IMG/VR virus record: IMGVR_UViG_3300003690_000024
Coordinates: 31,397-95,396 of that record
DNA length: 64,000 nt
Direction: 5' to 3' (one strand)
Origin: a virus
The notes under the pieces were generated by a model. The model searched no databases and was not told the DNA's origin. It worked only from the letters and a program-made list of their open reading frames with translations. Each line of letters begins with the position of its first letter. The first letter of the stretch is position 1. Positions 19,601 to 29,492 of this stretch are shown here, one piece after another. Position numbers and translations under genes: made by a program.

Positions 19601-22600
19601 TTGTTTCCTCCAAACTAAACCTTCCCGAGAATATCCAATCAACAGACATGGTAAAGGTTCTAACAGCGCAGGAACGGGATATATTCACCCGAGATACACG
19701 TCCTATTAACTACTATTTTGCCTTCGAGAAGAGCATGTATCAGGTGGTGTCTGAGGAAATAATTAATTATTTCGCTAATGTTAACCTATATCGACCCGAA
19801 TATAAATCATTAAAATTCTTAAGACAAAAGTTTTTTGAAAAGGTTGCCAACTCTCAATTAGACTTTGATAAGTTCTACGAGTTTTATAAGTGGTTTGATT
19901 CATCGCTATCCATAATGCTCAATCAGTTGGTCCCTGCATCCTCTGATTTCTCGGATAGTGTACGAACGGTTATAGAAGATCATGTTTTGGAGCGTTCAAA
20001 GCAACGCCGTATTTTCCCATTCTTAGAGAGAAAAGGGGCCACCGATATTACTGGTGCTGTCGAGGGTGGTGGTGATGCTTCTGCGCAGGCTTCCCCCCAA
20101 GACTTCCCGCCTGGTTCTGGGTTCTTTTCTAATACGGCTTTTACAAAGCGTCAGATTGGGTCGTCAAACACAATTCAGATTGATCCATGGAAGCATGTGC
20201 ATGCTCCCATAGATCATGTACCGGCTATTCCTGGACATGCAAAATCCTTAGAGTTCTCAAAGGGCGGCATCGCTGATCACTACGTTGATATAGGAACTAG
20301 TGCCACGTGGGATGCACTCATCGGAGGCTCCGGAACCGACACCAAAGCATTTAGTTTGTCTGCCTGGGTTTATATGACAGACCAGGGCGGATCCTCCCAA
20401 GGCACTATTATTTCCTTTTCCCAAAATGATCGAGTAATTCATTATCACAGCGTTGGCGGTGGTAGATATAAGTTTTATATGGAGGGCGCCACCAATGGCG
20501 ACAAATGGTCCAACGACGGCTCGGCCGTATTTGACACTTGGACACACATTGTTGCAACCTATGAAGGGGGCACCGCCGGCGATCTGAAGATATATATCAA
20601 TGGATCGGAACAGACCGCCATCGCGCAGACTTCGATTTCCAACCCAGACGCCATCGATGGCAGCGATTGCTACATCGGCGCGCGAGATGACGGCGTCAAC
20701 GCTGTAAACGAGTGGGAGGGAAATATCTGCGATGTTGCTGTATGGGGCAAAGAGCTAAACTCTACTGAAATCACTGAGCTTTATGGTTCGGGCAAAAGAG
20801 TTTATCTTATTGGTCCGAGGCAATATATTCTGCCGCCGCTGCCTTATCTGGATCTTTTGTCCTGGTGGAGGATGGGGTCAGACTCTCGCGATACCTACAA
20901 CGGCCTGATGTACGATCAAATCGGCGGCAGGGACGGAACGCCTACTAACTTTTCCGCGGGGGAGATAACCACAATCTCCCCAGAGTTTCGAGATCCTTAT
21001 GGCTGGGCTCCTGGAATTCCCGGTCTGCAGGGGGTTAATCCAAATGCAAATATATATTGGCATCGGTATAGAGAAGAAAGGAGTTCATCTGTTAGAGTCG
21101 AGCTGCTTGCTGCTATTAAAAAATCTTATGATAGACGCGTTGGATCTCCTGCAAAATTCTCAGTTGAAGGAGCAGTCACCTTCGGCGGTGTTGCCCGTCA
21201 TCAAAGTAATCAGCCCAACTATGTTTTTAGGGAAGTCGCACCCCTTCCGGGCGCCTCGGGCTCGCTCACAAATATTCTAGTTACACAAAAGGCAGATGTT
21301 GAGAAACTGCTCTCATCTTCATCGGATGTTTTCTATCCAAGTCTTAAGCAACGTTTGGGATTCAATATGAATCCAGACATCAATACCGACGAGCCGAATG
21401 ATCGAACCCTAGATGGAAATGTGTATGCTCCGTTTAGTATGTATAGCTCCTCGGTAAGCGGCGGATATGCCGCCACTGTGTCTAGTTCTTTTACACCTGG
21501 AGTAGATATTACCAACTTGCATCACGACTATGTGTTCAATCACGATATTCCCATGCAATCACCCTTCACCGAAAAGTTTGTGGGGGGACGTCAATATAGG
21601 CATCTTCCACTTAATAGAAGCTCCTCCTTGCGCCGGCTGGATACGAACAACTCCCGCGGCGAGGCCTTCCGTATTAAGTTTGATGGTGTGGCTTCTAGGG
21701 ATGGGGGCAATTTCTCCAACTCGCTCGCCATTATACCGGCTGATTCATCCGGTTCCGCAACCACGCGCGACTTTCCCACTGCTGTTCGATTCCGAGACGA
21801 AACTGCAAAACGCCCCGTAAACATTAAAAATATTTTGATGTCAACCGCGTCGCTAGACATAAATCTGTCCGGTACCATTATGCATAGCAATATTGGAAAC
21901 TACCAAAAGAATTATCAAGTTGTTCAAACCTCGGGGCGCACAACTAATGATTTGTACTTCCGCGATCAAACAATGACTTTTTCTACGGCGAGCTGCATTC
22001 CTTTTATTCGCCGTAGGACCACCGACACGGAAGGATTTGAGGGCGTAAGATGGCCTCTTTCACTATTGCGAGATAAGGTAGTTACGACGAAATCCTTTTA
22101 TAGCTCCGGATCCAAGGGCGTCGACGAATCTATCTCTGCACTTCGCATCCCCTACAACAAAGCGTTCGATACCGGAGGAGAGGACGTCAATAACGGAAGT
22201 ACGGGCTTTACTTTTTCCTGTTGGTATTCAGCCTCGGCCGACATGTCGAGCATCGGCGTGAACCGACCTTTCTTTTCACATGGTGTGGGCACATTTCACA
22301 GTCAAAACGTAAATGGGTATACCCCCATTAGTGTGCTTGATTGGGTCGAGTGGACGCCCAAACTAAGGTATACTCGCCTGGCTACGACGGAGACTGGCGC
22401 CGACGCCGAAGTCACGAATATGTATGAGGTGTATACAACCTTAGAGTTGATGACAGGATCTCACATTGAGGGATGGAACCATCTTGCTTTAACTTTTCAA
22501 CACTCGGGTGCGGTGGATGTAGGTGCCGCCAATTGGACTACCTATGTGTATCTTAATGGCTCTAGATACACGTTTAGTTATGGAAATTCTCCTGGCAACG

Positions 22601-25600
22601 CCAGAGCCTATCCTATAGTCAGCGGGTCAGTCTATACTACTACTACCGCCTCCTATGGACAAGATCTTACTATTAAATCCTATTTTAATGCAGATGCCTA
22701 TCAGGTCCCCGCGGGAGACCATGCGGCCTATCGAAATGGTGTCAATGGCAACTTGGACGAAGTATCGTATTTCAATTCGGTGCTGACTCCGCTTCAAATT
22801 GTACAGCTTTATAATCTTGGATGCCCAGGAGATGTCAATCTTCTTGGCGCCACGGGATGGTGGGGGATGGGCGAAAGCACCAGCGGCTCTTCTGCCGACC
22901 TTACAACGGCCGCGGCAAACGGCGGCTTTTATATACCAGATCGTACAGACAACGGATACATCGGTTTAATGACCGGATCGTTCTCAAACACAAAGACGGA
23001 CGACGAATACGACTCAGGCAGCATCCGAGCACAAATTCCGTGCCTCATCACGCTGCCCGATACTCGCTACTTAGACTTCTTGCTCCCCAACAGAGAGGAC
23101 AAGCTAGCACGCTCTAACAAGACGGTCATTGTAAACCGGTTCAGTTCTCCTGGATCATTTGAGGTTTCCTCCCGCGGGTATACAATTCAGCCAGCCGAAG
23201 AACTTTCGCCCTACAATGCAGCACCATATCGCAATAGAATAGTAATCAGTTATGGCATGACTGGATCGGCATCCGCGGATCCTATTACCGTTGTAACAAT
23301 CTCGCCGCGCGACCAGATCGATAAGCCTCGTGGTTTAAATCAACTTTCTACATTACATGCAGGACAATTCGGATATGACTATGCTTATGGTTCTATCCCA
23401 ACCGATACTTACATAACTATTCCTTCCTACCAAAAAACAAATAGAAACAGAGTTCTACAGATGGTGTCTGGCTCGGGACACGATGCATACTTTACTGGAT
23501 CCCAGTATGACAACCTCTTCATCCAACACGCGATCCCTCGATCAACACGACAATATAGTTGGGTAACTGCATCGTTGCCCCTAAACAGTCAAATATATGG
23601 TTTAGAAGCGGAATCATGTATCAGCGCTTCTGTTCTTCAGACTGTGACCAGCTCTGGTCGTGTTGTGGGGTTCCCCCTAGGGAACGTCCGCCAGAAAGCT
23701 ATATCCAGCCCCCCGCTACCCTACATCCACGGCAGCGCACCCTATGACATAACCTCGGGATATGGGGTGTACACTGCTTTTGTCGACGCCAATCTGCAGG
23801 GCCCCGTCGGTGCTCGACCGATAAATATGGCGGATCATACTCTTTATCGACCACTGGGCGCCTTTAACAGGCGTTCTCTTTATATGTCTGGCACAAATGA
23901 GACTAATTATAATTCGCATATTTTCATTGGCACAGCTGCTAAGTGGGATAACTTAATCGGCGGTAGCGGCGACGATGCAAGACCATTTAGCATTTCATTT
24001 TGGATGAACGCAAGGCCACAAGATAACCTTTTCCCACGAATTGTGGATTTCTCTTCAGATATGATCATTACACTCACTCAATCGACCGGCAATCCGACGA
24101 CTGCCTACGAGCTTGGCTTTACAATTTACGGAAATGGAACAAACGGCACAGTTCAAACAGCTGGAAAGCTTAGGTATGGGGACTGGTATCACTTTGTGGC
24201 AACTTTTGACGGGGGAGATCCCGAAGGGGAGGACAGCGTCAAGGCCCAGCGACTCTACGTTAACGGGATAGAACAAACTCTAAAAATCAACACCCTTGAT
24301 AACCCGAAAGGTTTTTATGGATATAGTTGTTATGTGGGAAATGGAGTCGGCTGGGCAACTGGAGCGGGCAGAAACTACGTAGGAAATCTAGACGAGGTTC
24401 AAATTTATACAGCGGCCGTGAATGTAGACCAAGTTGGTATTCTTTATAATCATTCCACGCCGGCCGATCCGTATTTATTGGCAAAAGATAATCCAGAATT
24501 TCAGGACATCGCCGATTCTTTAGTAGCGTGGTGGCGCGCCGGGGACAGAGCAACCGGTGTGTATGGTTATGATGGTTCCATCTCCGAGCATCCCAGCGGG
24601 GCTATTCTGCATGATCATTCCGGTCACAACAACGATGCAGTGATCGGACTAGGGAGCGCAGCCGTCTCCGGCCACCCTGCATACTTTACTCTCACCTCCT
24701 CCGTTCCTGGCAATTCAGCCGGCTATTCCTTCAACACGATGATGCTGAACCGCAACGGTCCATACGGCTGGCCTACTTGGAAGCAAATTCGCGCCGGGGA
24801 ACACCCTGTTGCGCGACGAATGCGACAGCAGAACTTAATTGGATCTGTATTGCCTCCTCCGTTTATCGCCGGCGACGCCGGTATTGGGGGCGTTCTCGGC
24901 CTTAGCCCGATTACGTTCGCTGACTATTATGAATCACCAGTGAATGATTCAAATCTACCCATTAATTTTATTTTTGAGGACAACACTGACGATGCAGATT
25001 CGGCCAACAACATGCAAGTTACTGTTCCGTATGCCAATCAGTTCGAATATTTTTCTCACAATGGGCTAAACAACCTCCTAAATCTTAAGATAGATACCAC
25101 ACGTCGTCGAGCTTATAATTCGGTTTTAGATTATGCAGTCCAAAGCAATTTGAGTTTGGTGGCCAATTATGGTCAGCGAGTTTATCCTTCAGAACGAAAT
25201 GCTTATAAGGGCACTATTCGTGGAAGGACCAAATATAACATTACGACCATCTGGTACGACGATCGCTCTACCAGGACAGCCGAAACACTTCAAAGTAAGG
25301 CTTCGTGCTCTATGGGCTATAGGCGCGTGCTATCTCAAAGTATGTGGCCGCTGGACGGACACAACAACTTCAGGACTACATCTTCACTGGCGCGCCCGTC
25401 CCATAATGATGGGGCGGGAGAGATGCTGGCTAGTTATACCTGCTTCACAGGATCCACCGTCTCCAGCTCGGCCCGATATACAGCGTCTTCTTCAGCGACA
25501 GCAAATCCAGGCATCCCCGCGTCCCCGAACCAATATGCGGGCCCAACGTACGCGCAGCGAATTTATGGCGGCGCGACTTTGACTGATAATTATCCTATTT

Positions 25601-26043
25601 TGGCAGGAGATGCTGAGTGGTTGGTTGCGGAACAAGCCGGCAAAGCTCCATATCAAGATTACAAGACGTATGAGACCCATATTCGAGAAGTAGGAAAAGA
25701 CCACTCAATAATTCCCGAGTTTAGAATCTCACAACATATGGAAACTTACATTGATGGGGAGGAAAATAACTTTTTAGTAGACATTGATGGTTTATTTGAG
25801 CTCACGGGCGCCGCCTATAGTAGTAGCGCTCAAGAGCCGTTCTATAGAACTTATTCAAACGGAGATTTTCTCAAGTACTTTAAGGTTATAGATGATGATC
25901 TGTTTGGCAAGAGACCGGCGCCTCTTACTATTGTGAGAGACAAGATTACATTAAGCTGTGATGGTCTGATTAAGTTTTTGCCATATAAGGGGTTCACGCC
26001 GGCTGAGCGTACGCTACTTCCGCCGCGATTCTTCTGGCGTTGA
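16645..26043 (+). CDS. Giant virion protein with about four LamG/concanavalin-A-like domains; N-terminal part of an apparently frameshifted gene
   Basis: Repeated FS.S.W...W.H...T......YING...G..DE/DV motifs; gp7-like YKSKGTEKAFRNLIRCFG; aberrant end LLPPRFFWR. Confidence 0.75.
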   Translation: MSIKKYFENVSNIKALSGKTSHDIGGQVESAEYHEQDIINEERFIPHVDFTKPENFAKYGSAEEYYFTALQRIYSTYPYDGSLKERLEWQNQSTYLDLYIYDNRYPRTNGYIIFSSASWGTQQSTTDGYGLSDTLEYISFEGGPNKNPNGLTPSRIEFTGSNYYEVAMNRQSNLQLDMATDGASVEFWMKKDAFDTTKTQKEVIFDLWNGKGYAAPDYARLTVELTSSTGHAIAGADPFRLTIYSGALGFQTASVCSSNFTTASVTDGKWHHYAFTLKSASAGVQSRFYVDGELENEATIQTTGSALGAAAGINDIDFYGMRATIGALATNPSASTAATGSGKLSASLDEFRYWKTQRTGEQIGRFWFTQVGGGVNTDPTPFIETKETANVNLGVYYKFNEGITGVTATDRTVLDYSGRFSNGVWTGYTSGARNTGSAIVLSDAAIKEFKDPIIYPFHPEVHDLIHALRSSGSAYDVNNNASIYNSIPSWIIDEDQEGSGDVKKLTQIISSYFDTLQMQIENLNKLKDIAYISGSNKPLPFSEKLLSSYGFVAPELFLDADILEKLANRSEDKVYEKSLEDIKNIIYQNIYNNLSYIYKSKGTEKAFRNLIRCFGIDDELIKINMYADGVEYNLDSDRRNVIVTDRYINFNTVNNKVGTVFNYQDHTNSVGFITSSTVLSGGHSITLETELLMPLKPLASSITYIDTNTISSSLFGVHGVREIITGPNDTQWPSGKHSDAVNFQVYAVRDEIESTNARFVLTGTAGGYVPSLKSSLYENIYDNTKWNISVRVRPQNYPLANFASASNNGNFVVELHGVQAESGEILQEFTLSGTVTNPTGSFITGSRRVYIGAHRTDFTSSLLEPSDVKVNACRYWLDYLDDEILKAHILDTENHGNLLTHQYAYTFNPSASDGDITKFDTLVFNWEFLNNTGSNASGQFTVEDVSSGSVNLTRFGSLGKILNQQYTALGYDFATSSVTPIDKDFVVSSKLNLPENIQSTDMVKVLTAQERDIFTRDTRPINYYFAFEKSMYQVVSEEIINYFANVNLYRPEYKSLKFLRQKFFEKVANSQLDFDKFYEFYKWFDSSLSIMLNQLVPASSDFSDSVRTVIEDHVLERSKQRRIFPFLERKGATDITGAVEGGGDASAQASPQDFPPGSGFFSNTAFTKRQIGSSNTIQIDPWKHVHAPIDHVPAIPGHAKSLEFSKGGIADHYVDIGTSATWDALIGGSGTDTKAFSLSAWVYMTDQGGSSQGTIISFSQNDRVIHYHSVGGGRYKFYMEGATNGDKWSNDGSAVFDTWTHIVATYEGGTAGDLKIYINGSEQTAIAQTSISNPDAIDGSDCYIGARDDGVNAVNEWEGNICDVAVWGKELNSTEITELYGSGKRVYLIGPRQYILPPLPYLDLLSWWRMGSDSRDTYNGLMYDQIGGRDGTPTNFSAGEITTISPEFRDPYGWAPGIPGLQGVNPNANIYWHRYREERSSSVRVELLAAIKKSYDRRVGSPAKFSVEGAVTFGGVARHQSNQPNYVFREVAPLPGASGSLTNILVTQKADVEKLLSSSSDVFYPSLKQRLGFNMNPDINTDEPNDRTLDGNVYAPFSMYSSSVSGGYAATVSSSFTPGVDITNLHHDYVFNHDIPMQSPFTEKFVGGRQYRHLPLNRSSSLRRLDTNNSRGEAFRIKFDGVASRDGGNFSNSLAIIPADSSGSATTRDFPTAVRFRDETAKRPVNIKNILMSTASLDINLSGTIMHSNIGNYQKNYQVVQTSGRTTNDLYFRDQTMTFSTASCIPFIRRRTTDTEGFEGVRWPLSLLRDKVVTTKSFYSSGSKGVDESISALRIPYNKAFDTGGEDVNNGSTGFTFSCWYSASADMSSIGVNRPFFSHGVGTFHSQNVNGYTPISVLDWVEWTPKLRYTRLATTETGADAEVTNMYEVYTTLELMTGSHIEGWNHLALTFQHSGAVDVGAANWTTYVYLNGSRYTFSYGNSPGNARAYPIVSGSVYTTTTASYGQDLTIKSYFNADAYQVPAGDHAAYRNGVNGNLDEVSYFNSVLTPLQIVQLYNLGCPGDVNLLGATGWWGMGESTSGSSADLTTAAANGGFYIPDRTDNGYIGLMTGSFSNTKTDDEYDSGSIRAQIPCLITLPDTRYLDFLLPNREDKLARSNKTVIVNRFSSPGSFEVSSRGYTIQPAEELSPYNAAPYRNRIVISYGMTGSASADPITVVTISPRDQIDKPRGLNQLSTLHAGQFGYDYAYGSIPTDTYITIPSYQKTNRNRVLQMVSGSGHDAYFTGSQYDNLFIQHAIPRSTRQYSWVTASLPLNSQIYGLEAESCISASVLQTVTSSGRVVGFPLGNVRQKAISSPPLPYIHGSAPYDITSGYGVYTAFVDANLQGPVGARPINMADHTLYRPLGAFNRRSLYMSGTNETNYNSHIFIGTAAKWDNLIGGSGDDARPFSISFWMNARPQDNLFPRIVDFSSDMIITLTQSTGNPTTAYELGFTIYGNGTNGTVQTAGKLRYGDWYHFVATFDGGDPEGEDSVKAQRLYVNGIEQTLKINTLDNPKGFYGYSCYVGNGVGWATGAGRNYVGNLDEVQIYTAAVNVDQVGILYNHSTPADPYLLAKDNPEFQDIADSLVAWWRAGDRATGVYGYDGSISEHPSGAILHDHSGHNNDAVIGLGSAAVSGHPAYFTLTSSVPGNSAGYSFNTMMLNRNGPYGWPTWKQIRAGEHPVARRMRQQNLIGSVLPPPFIAGDAGIGGVLGLSPITFADYYESPVNDSNLPINFIFEDNTDDADSANNMQVTVPYANQFEYFSHNGLNNLLNLKIDTTRRRAYNSVLDYAVQSNLSLVANYGQRVYPSERNAYKGTIRGRTKYNITTIWYDDRSTRTAETLQSKASCSMGYRRVLSQSMWPLDGHNNFRTTSSLARPSHNDGAGEMLASYTCFTGSTVSSSARYTASSSATANPGIPASPNQYAGPTYAQRIYGGATLTDNYPILAGDAEWLVAEQAGKAPYQDYKTYETHIREVGKDHSIIPEFRISQHMETYIDGEENNFLVDIDGLFELTGAAYSSSAQEPFYRTYSNGDFLKYFKVIDDDLFGKRPAPLTIVRDKITLSCDGLIKFLPYKGFTPAERTLLPPRFFWR

Positions 26044-26068
26044 TGCCAAAAAGAGGTTTAGAATATTA

Positions 26069-28432
26069 ATGGATCCTCTTTTTTCTCCGGGTATTCTTTA
26101 TAACACCATTAAGTCAGGCATTGCAATGTCTAATTTTGTTATTTGCCATACTGCCTCGGGCGAGAACGACACCGTCGAGCGCTCGATATACTCGATGGAA
26201 TCTGGCTCCATGTACGAATGGTACGGCCGCCCGAAGGTAGGCTCCGGGAACCCCGGAGGGCAAAGATTTGAAGAGGGTTACCTTTATATGGATAACGTGA
26301 TGGCCGTCGGCCGAAGCATATACGACTCCACCTCGCCGTACTATACGACTGTCTCCGCTAGCTCGCTTGGTTATAACATGCAAAAGGTTCCGTTTGAGGC
26401 TCTTTATAATCCCGAAAGTTTCTTTAACGGCCAAGTGATCGGTGGCCTAAGCCCTGGCTCCGGAACTATTGGACCGCCTCAAGCCATTGCAGCAGCTGCC
26501 GCCATCGAGACCTCCGGCCAGAGCGGCGGACCATTTATATATGATCGAATGCCTTCTTCTTCTATAGCGTGGGTCCCGTCCTTCCTGACGAGTTCAGACT
26601 ATTCGCTGCCGGGTACCGCAGAGTCTTATCTTCCCAAAGGAAACACCTATATCAAACTAACGGAGCTGCACGGAAGCTCTCTGTATAGAATGGCAATGGA
26701 CAACTTTTTATGCGAGACAACAAATATTTTTTCAGATGGATTTGCTAACTTTAAATCCAAGCGCGAGGAAAACTTTGCGTCTGTTGTATCGGGTAATGTT
26801 TATACGATGGAAGTGAGACTTTATAGAACTCGACAAACAGGGTCCGCGATGTCGAACTATTTCGCGTTTCCAAATCACCGGCCGCGAGCTGGACAGCCTA
26901 GGCCTGACAGAGACAGATTTACGATGTATTCTAGAGAGTCTGCTTTTGGGCCGCCGGCGTGGTCGCCGGCCAACGGCCAGCGAGGCGCCAGCTTTGTGCA
27001 TTGTTCTCCCCCCTATTATAATCAGCCCGCATCTGCTTTGATTACCTATAGTAGCTCTGTTGGGGGTATTCCAACGCTTCAGGACATTTATGATAATCTC
27101 ACAATTGAATTTAGCAACCAAGCGAGCGAGATAGGCTGGGTGGAAGCCGACACGGTACCGGGGATGCATATTAATAGTTGCGTCAACCTAACAGAGCGCC
27201 TCCTGTCCGTTCCAGAGGGGACACAAGTACAAAAGAGCAGTTGGGTTATCCAGAGCAAGTATGAGACTCCTGTGATGAATTTTGCGAATGTAAGCGCAAG
27301 TTCGCCGCCTAGTGGTAATGTTGATGCGGGATATGATGCGAGTCTCATCTCAACAAAGGGAATGTGGCATCAGTATGGAACTGTCCCTAGTGCGTCAGAT
27401 AATGGAATTTTCATCGAGATACTAGACAAGCCGAGTAGATATCTGAGAGATATTCCCGGCGCCGCAGCATCCCGCCGCGCGCTTAGCGACTCGTTGGCTA
27501 AGGTAGTCGGATTTGAAACAGGCGCCCCAACCCGCGTTGGTCGAGTTCCGAATGAGCATAAATTTGAAGAAGCTATTGTGGCGGTCCCATTCAAGACAGT
27601 AGAAAATCAGAGGCAATTCTTTGCCCTTAATGCGATAACGGAGGCATCGATCACATATGAGAATATTGTGAGAGCAATGAACAAGTATGTCTTCCCGCCC
27701 AAGATAGACTTTACGCGCCATCCGGATTTTGTTACTCCTATATTAATGTATATTTTTGAATTCGAAGCGAAACTCACGAAAAAAGACCTGACGGACATGT
27801 GGCAGAATCTTATGCCCTCCATCGCCACCAAATTCGAACAAAAGAAGGTTGTGGTAGAAGACAAAGTATTGGTCGACATCCTTGCCAACAATACCGAAAA
27901 TGTGAGATGGATAGTATTTAAGGTTAAGAAGCGCGCTATTAAGAACTTCGAGAAGTACAGAAGAAGCCTCATCACAAATGACCTCACAGGCTATGAAAAT
28001 GATTCAATTGGTCCGCACTCTTATAACTGGCCTTATGATTATTTCTCTTTAGTGGAGCTAGCAAAGATAGATGAAGCCGTACAGTATAAATCAGCAGATT
28101 TGGTTAACCAGATTGATACAAATGAAGCGGCCGGTGGGAGCTCCGGTACCAGTGCGACTACAGCTGCAAGTGCTGCAACTGGTGCTCCAACAGGAGGAGG
28201 AGCCATGGGCGTTAACGCGGCGGTCACAACCACTTCTGTCGAAGCAGCTAGCATAGCCCTCGCACCGGCCGTCCGGAGGGGCGCCCCCGACGCCCCTCCA
28301 GCCCCTCCTCGTCGCCCAGTACCGCGCTTTCCGCCCCCGAGGAGGCCCTACAATCCCAACCGGCGGCGCCGGACTGCTGTTGAGGACGTGGCCCGATCGC
28401 AGATTGAGCTGACGTCCCGACTTATAAGGTGA
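26069..28432 (+). CDS. C-terminal part of the giant LamG protein (probable continuation) or separate structural protein
   Basis: Frame open from 25970, overlapping upstream ORF end; same SGS/TGS-rich composition; Pro/Arg-rich tail. Confidence 0.65.
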   Translation: MDPLFSPGILYNTIKSGIAMSNFVICHTASGENDTVERSIYSMESGSMYEWYGRPKVGSGNPGGQRFEEGYLYMDNVMAVGRSIYDSTSPYYTTVSASSLGYNMQKVPFEALYNPESFFNGQVIGGLSPGSGTIGPPQAIAAAAAIETSGQSGGPFIYDRMPSSSIAWVPSFLTSSDYSLPGTAESYLPKGNTYIKLTELHGSSLYRMAMDNFLCETTNIFSDGFANFKSKREENFASVVSGNVYTMEVRLYRTRQTGSAMSNYFAFPNHRPRAGQPRPDRDRFTMYSRESAFGPPAWSPANGQRGASFVHCSPPYYNQPASALITYSSSVGGIPTLQDIYDNLTIEFSNQASEIGWVEADTVPGMHINSCVNLTERLLSVPEGTQVQKSSWVIQSKYETPVMNFANVSASSPPSGNVDAGYDASLISTKGMWHQYGTVPSASDNGIFIEILDKPSRYLRDIPGAAASRRALSDSLAKVVGFETGAPTRVGRVPNEHKFEEAIVAVPFKTVENQRQFFALNAITEASITYENIVRAMNKYVFPPKIDFTRHPDFVTPILMYIFEFEAKLTKKDLTDMWQNLMPSIATKFEQKKVVVEDKVLVDILANNTENVRWIVFKVKKRAIKNFEKYRRSLITNDLTGYENDSIGPHSYNWPYDYFSLVELAKIDEAVQYKSADLVNQIDTNEAAGGSSGTSATTAASAATGAPTGGGAMGVNAAVTTTSVEAASIALAPAVRRGAPDAPPAPPRRPVPRFPPPRRPYNPNRRRRTAVEDVARSQIELTSRLIR

Positions 28433-28439
28433 ATATAGA

Positions 28440-29492
28440 ATGGAATTTTTAAACAAAAAAGAAGAAGTATTTGAGTTTCAACTAACGGAGTATGGAAAGT
28501 ATCTCCTATCTATTGGAAAATTAAAGCCTGAATATTACGCATTTTTTGATGATGATATTTTATATGACACAAGCGGCTCGGGGTACACTGAGATTCAGAA
28601 TATGTCACGGGTCCGAATTCAGGACGAAACACCAAAATTGAAAGCGACAGTGACACGAACAAGTGCCGAGACTCGCGTCACACAGTTTTTAAATAACTTA
28701 GAAGGACCTATTGGAAGCAGCAATTCCGATCCTGCTCATCGAACTTCCTATTTTAGACAGCCTGTTTTTGAAGATAAAGGGAAAATTAATGCGCACGCTA
28801 TTGGCCGTTCGTCGCTCAATACACAGTACAATCCTTCTTGGACCGCGACAGTTCTTTCATCTGCCGAAATAAGCTCATCTCGGGACTATATTGATACATC
28901 GGATTACATCGAACACATTCCACAAATTAATATTACACTTGACTATTACACTTATTTTAAGAGCGGCGATCTAACAGACAATTCAGTTAGTACCCACCTA
29001 GAGTCTCCGCCCGGCAGCGGCCAGACTACAGATGTGTTTTTAGCGCTAAACGAGGATTATCTTTTAATGGAGATTTTAGAAGAGAACACTGATTTTGAAA
29101 AAGAAAATTTTGATATTGAAATTTACCATTCTTCATCTGCGCCCATTGGAACAGGCTCTTTTGTGCAATTAGCATACACCCCAGAGAATGACAGATTCTT
29201 CGAATTCCCGCGCGAAATCAATAATAGTCTTAATGCTGCTGGCAATGTGGAGTATTATTTTAATGTTTTGGTAGACAAAGAAATTCCCATCGAAATTATT
29301 AAGGAACTAAATATATCAGAGAAGGCGCTTTCGACGGACGCGTCCAGAATAAAGCTAAACCGCGATTTGTATACAACAGGTGCACCTCCCGCCGGCCTGG
29401 GCCACGGAGGAGGCCCAGGAAGAATCTCTGCCACAAATACGGTATCTACCCCTACTTACCCTGGTGACTCTGCTGATGAGGAGCCCTGCTAA
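28440..29492 (+). CDS. Putative tail/baseplate structural protein
   Basis: N-terminus (QLTEYGKYLL...YAFFDDDILYD) parallels 35326 gene (VLTDLGRKRL...FALGDDEIDY). Confidence 0.65.
   Translation: MEFLNKKEEVFEFQLTEYGKYLLSIGKLKPEYYAFFDDDILYDTSGSGYTEIQNMSRVRIQDETPKLKATVTRTSAETRVTQFLNNLEGPIGSSNSDPAHRTSYFRQPVFEDKGKINAHAIGRSSLNTQYNPSWTATVLSSAEISSSRDYIDTSDYIEHIPQINITLDYYTYFKSGDLTDNSVSTHLESPPGSGQTTDVFLALNEDYLLMEILEENTDFEKENFDIEIYHSSSAPIGTGSFVQLAYTPENDRFFEFPREINNSLNAAGNVEYYFNVLVDKEIPIEIIKELNISEKALSTDASRIKLNRDLYTTGAPPAGLGHGGGPGRISATNTVSTPTYPGDSADEEPC

Noticed and set aside
19765-19800. Possible short in-frame deletion (INYFAN/VNLYRPEY)
   Set aside because: Rests only on my recollection of similar proteins; cannot be supported without an alignment
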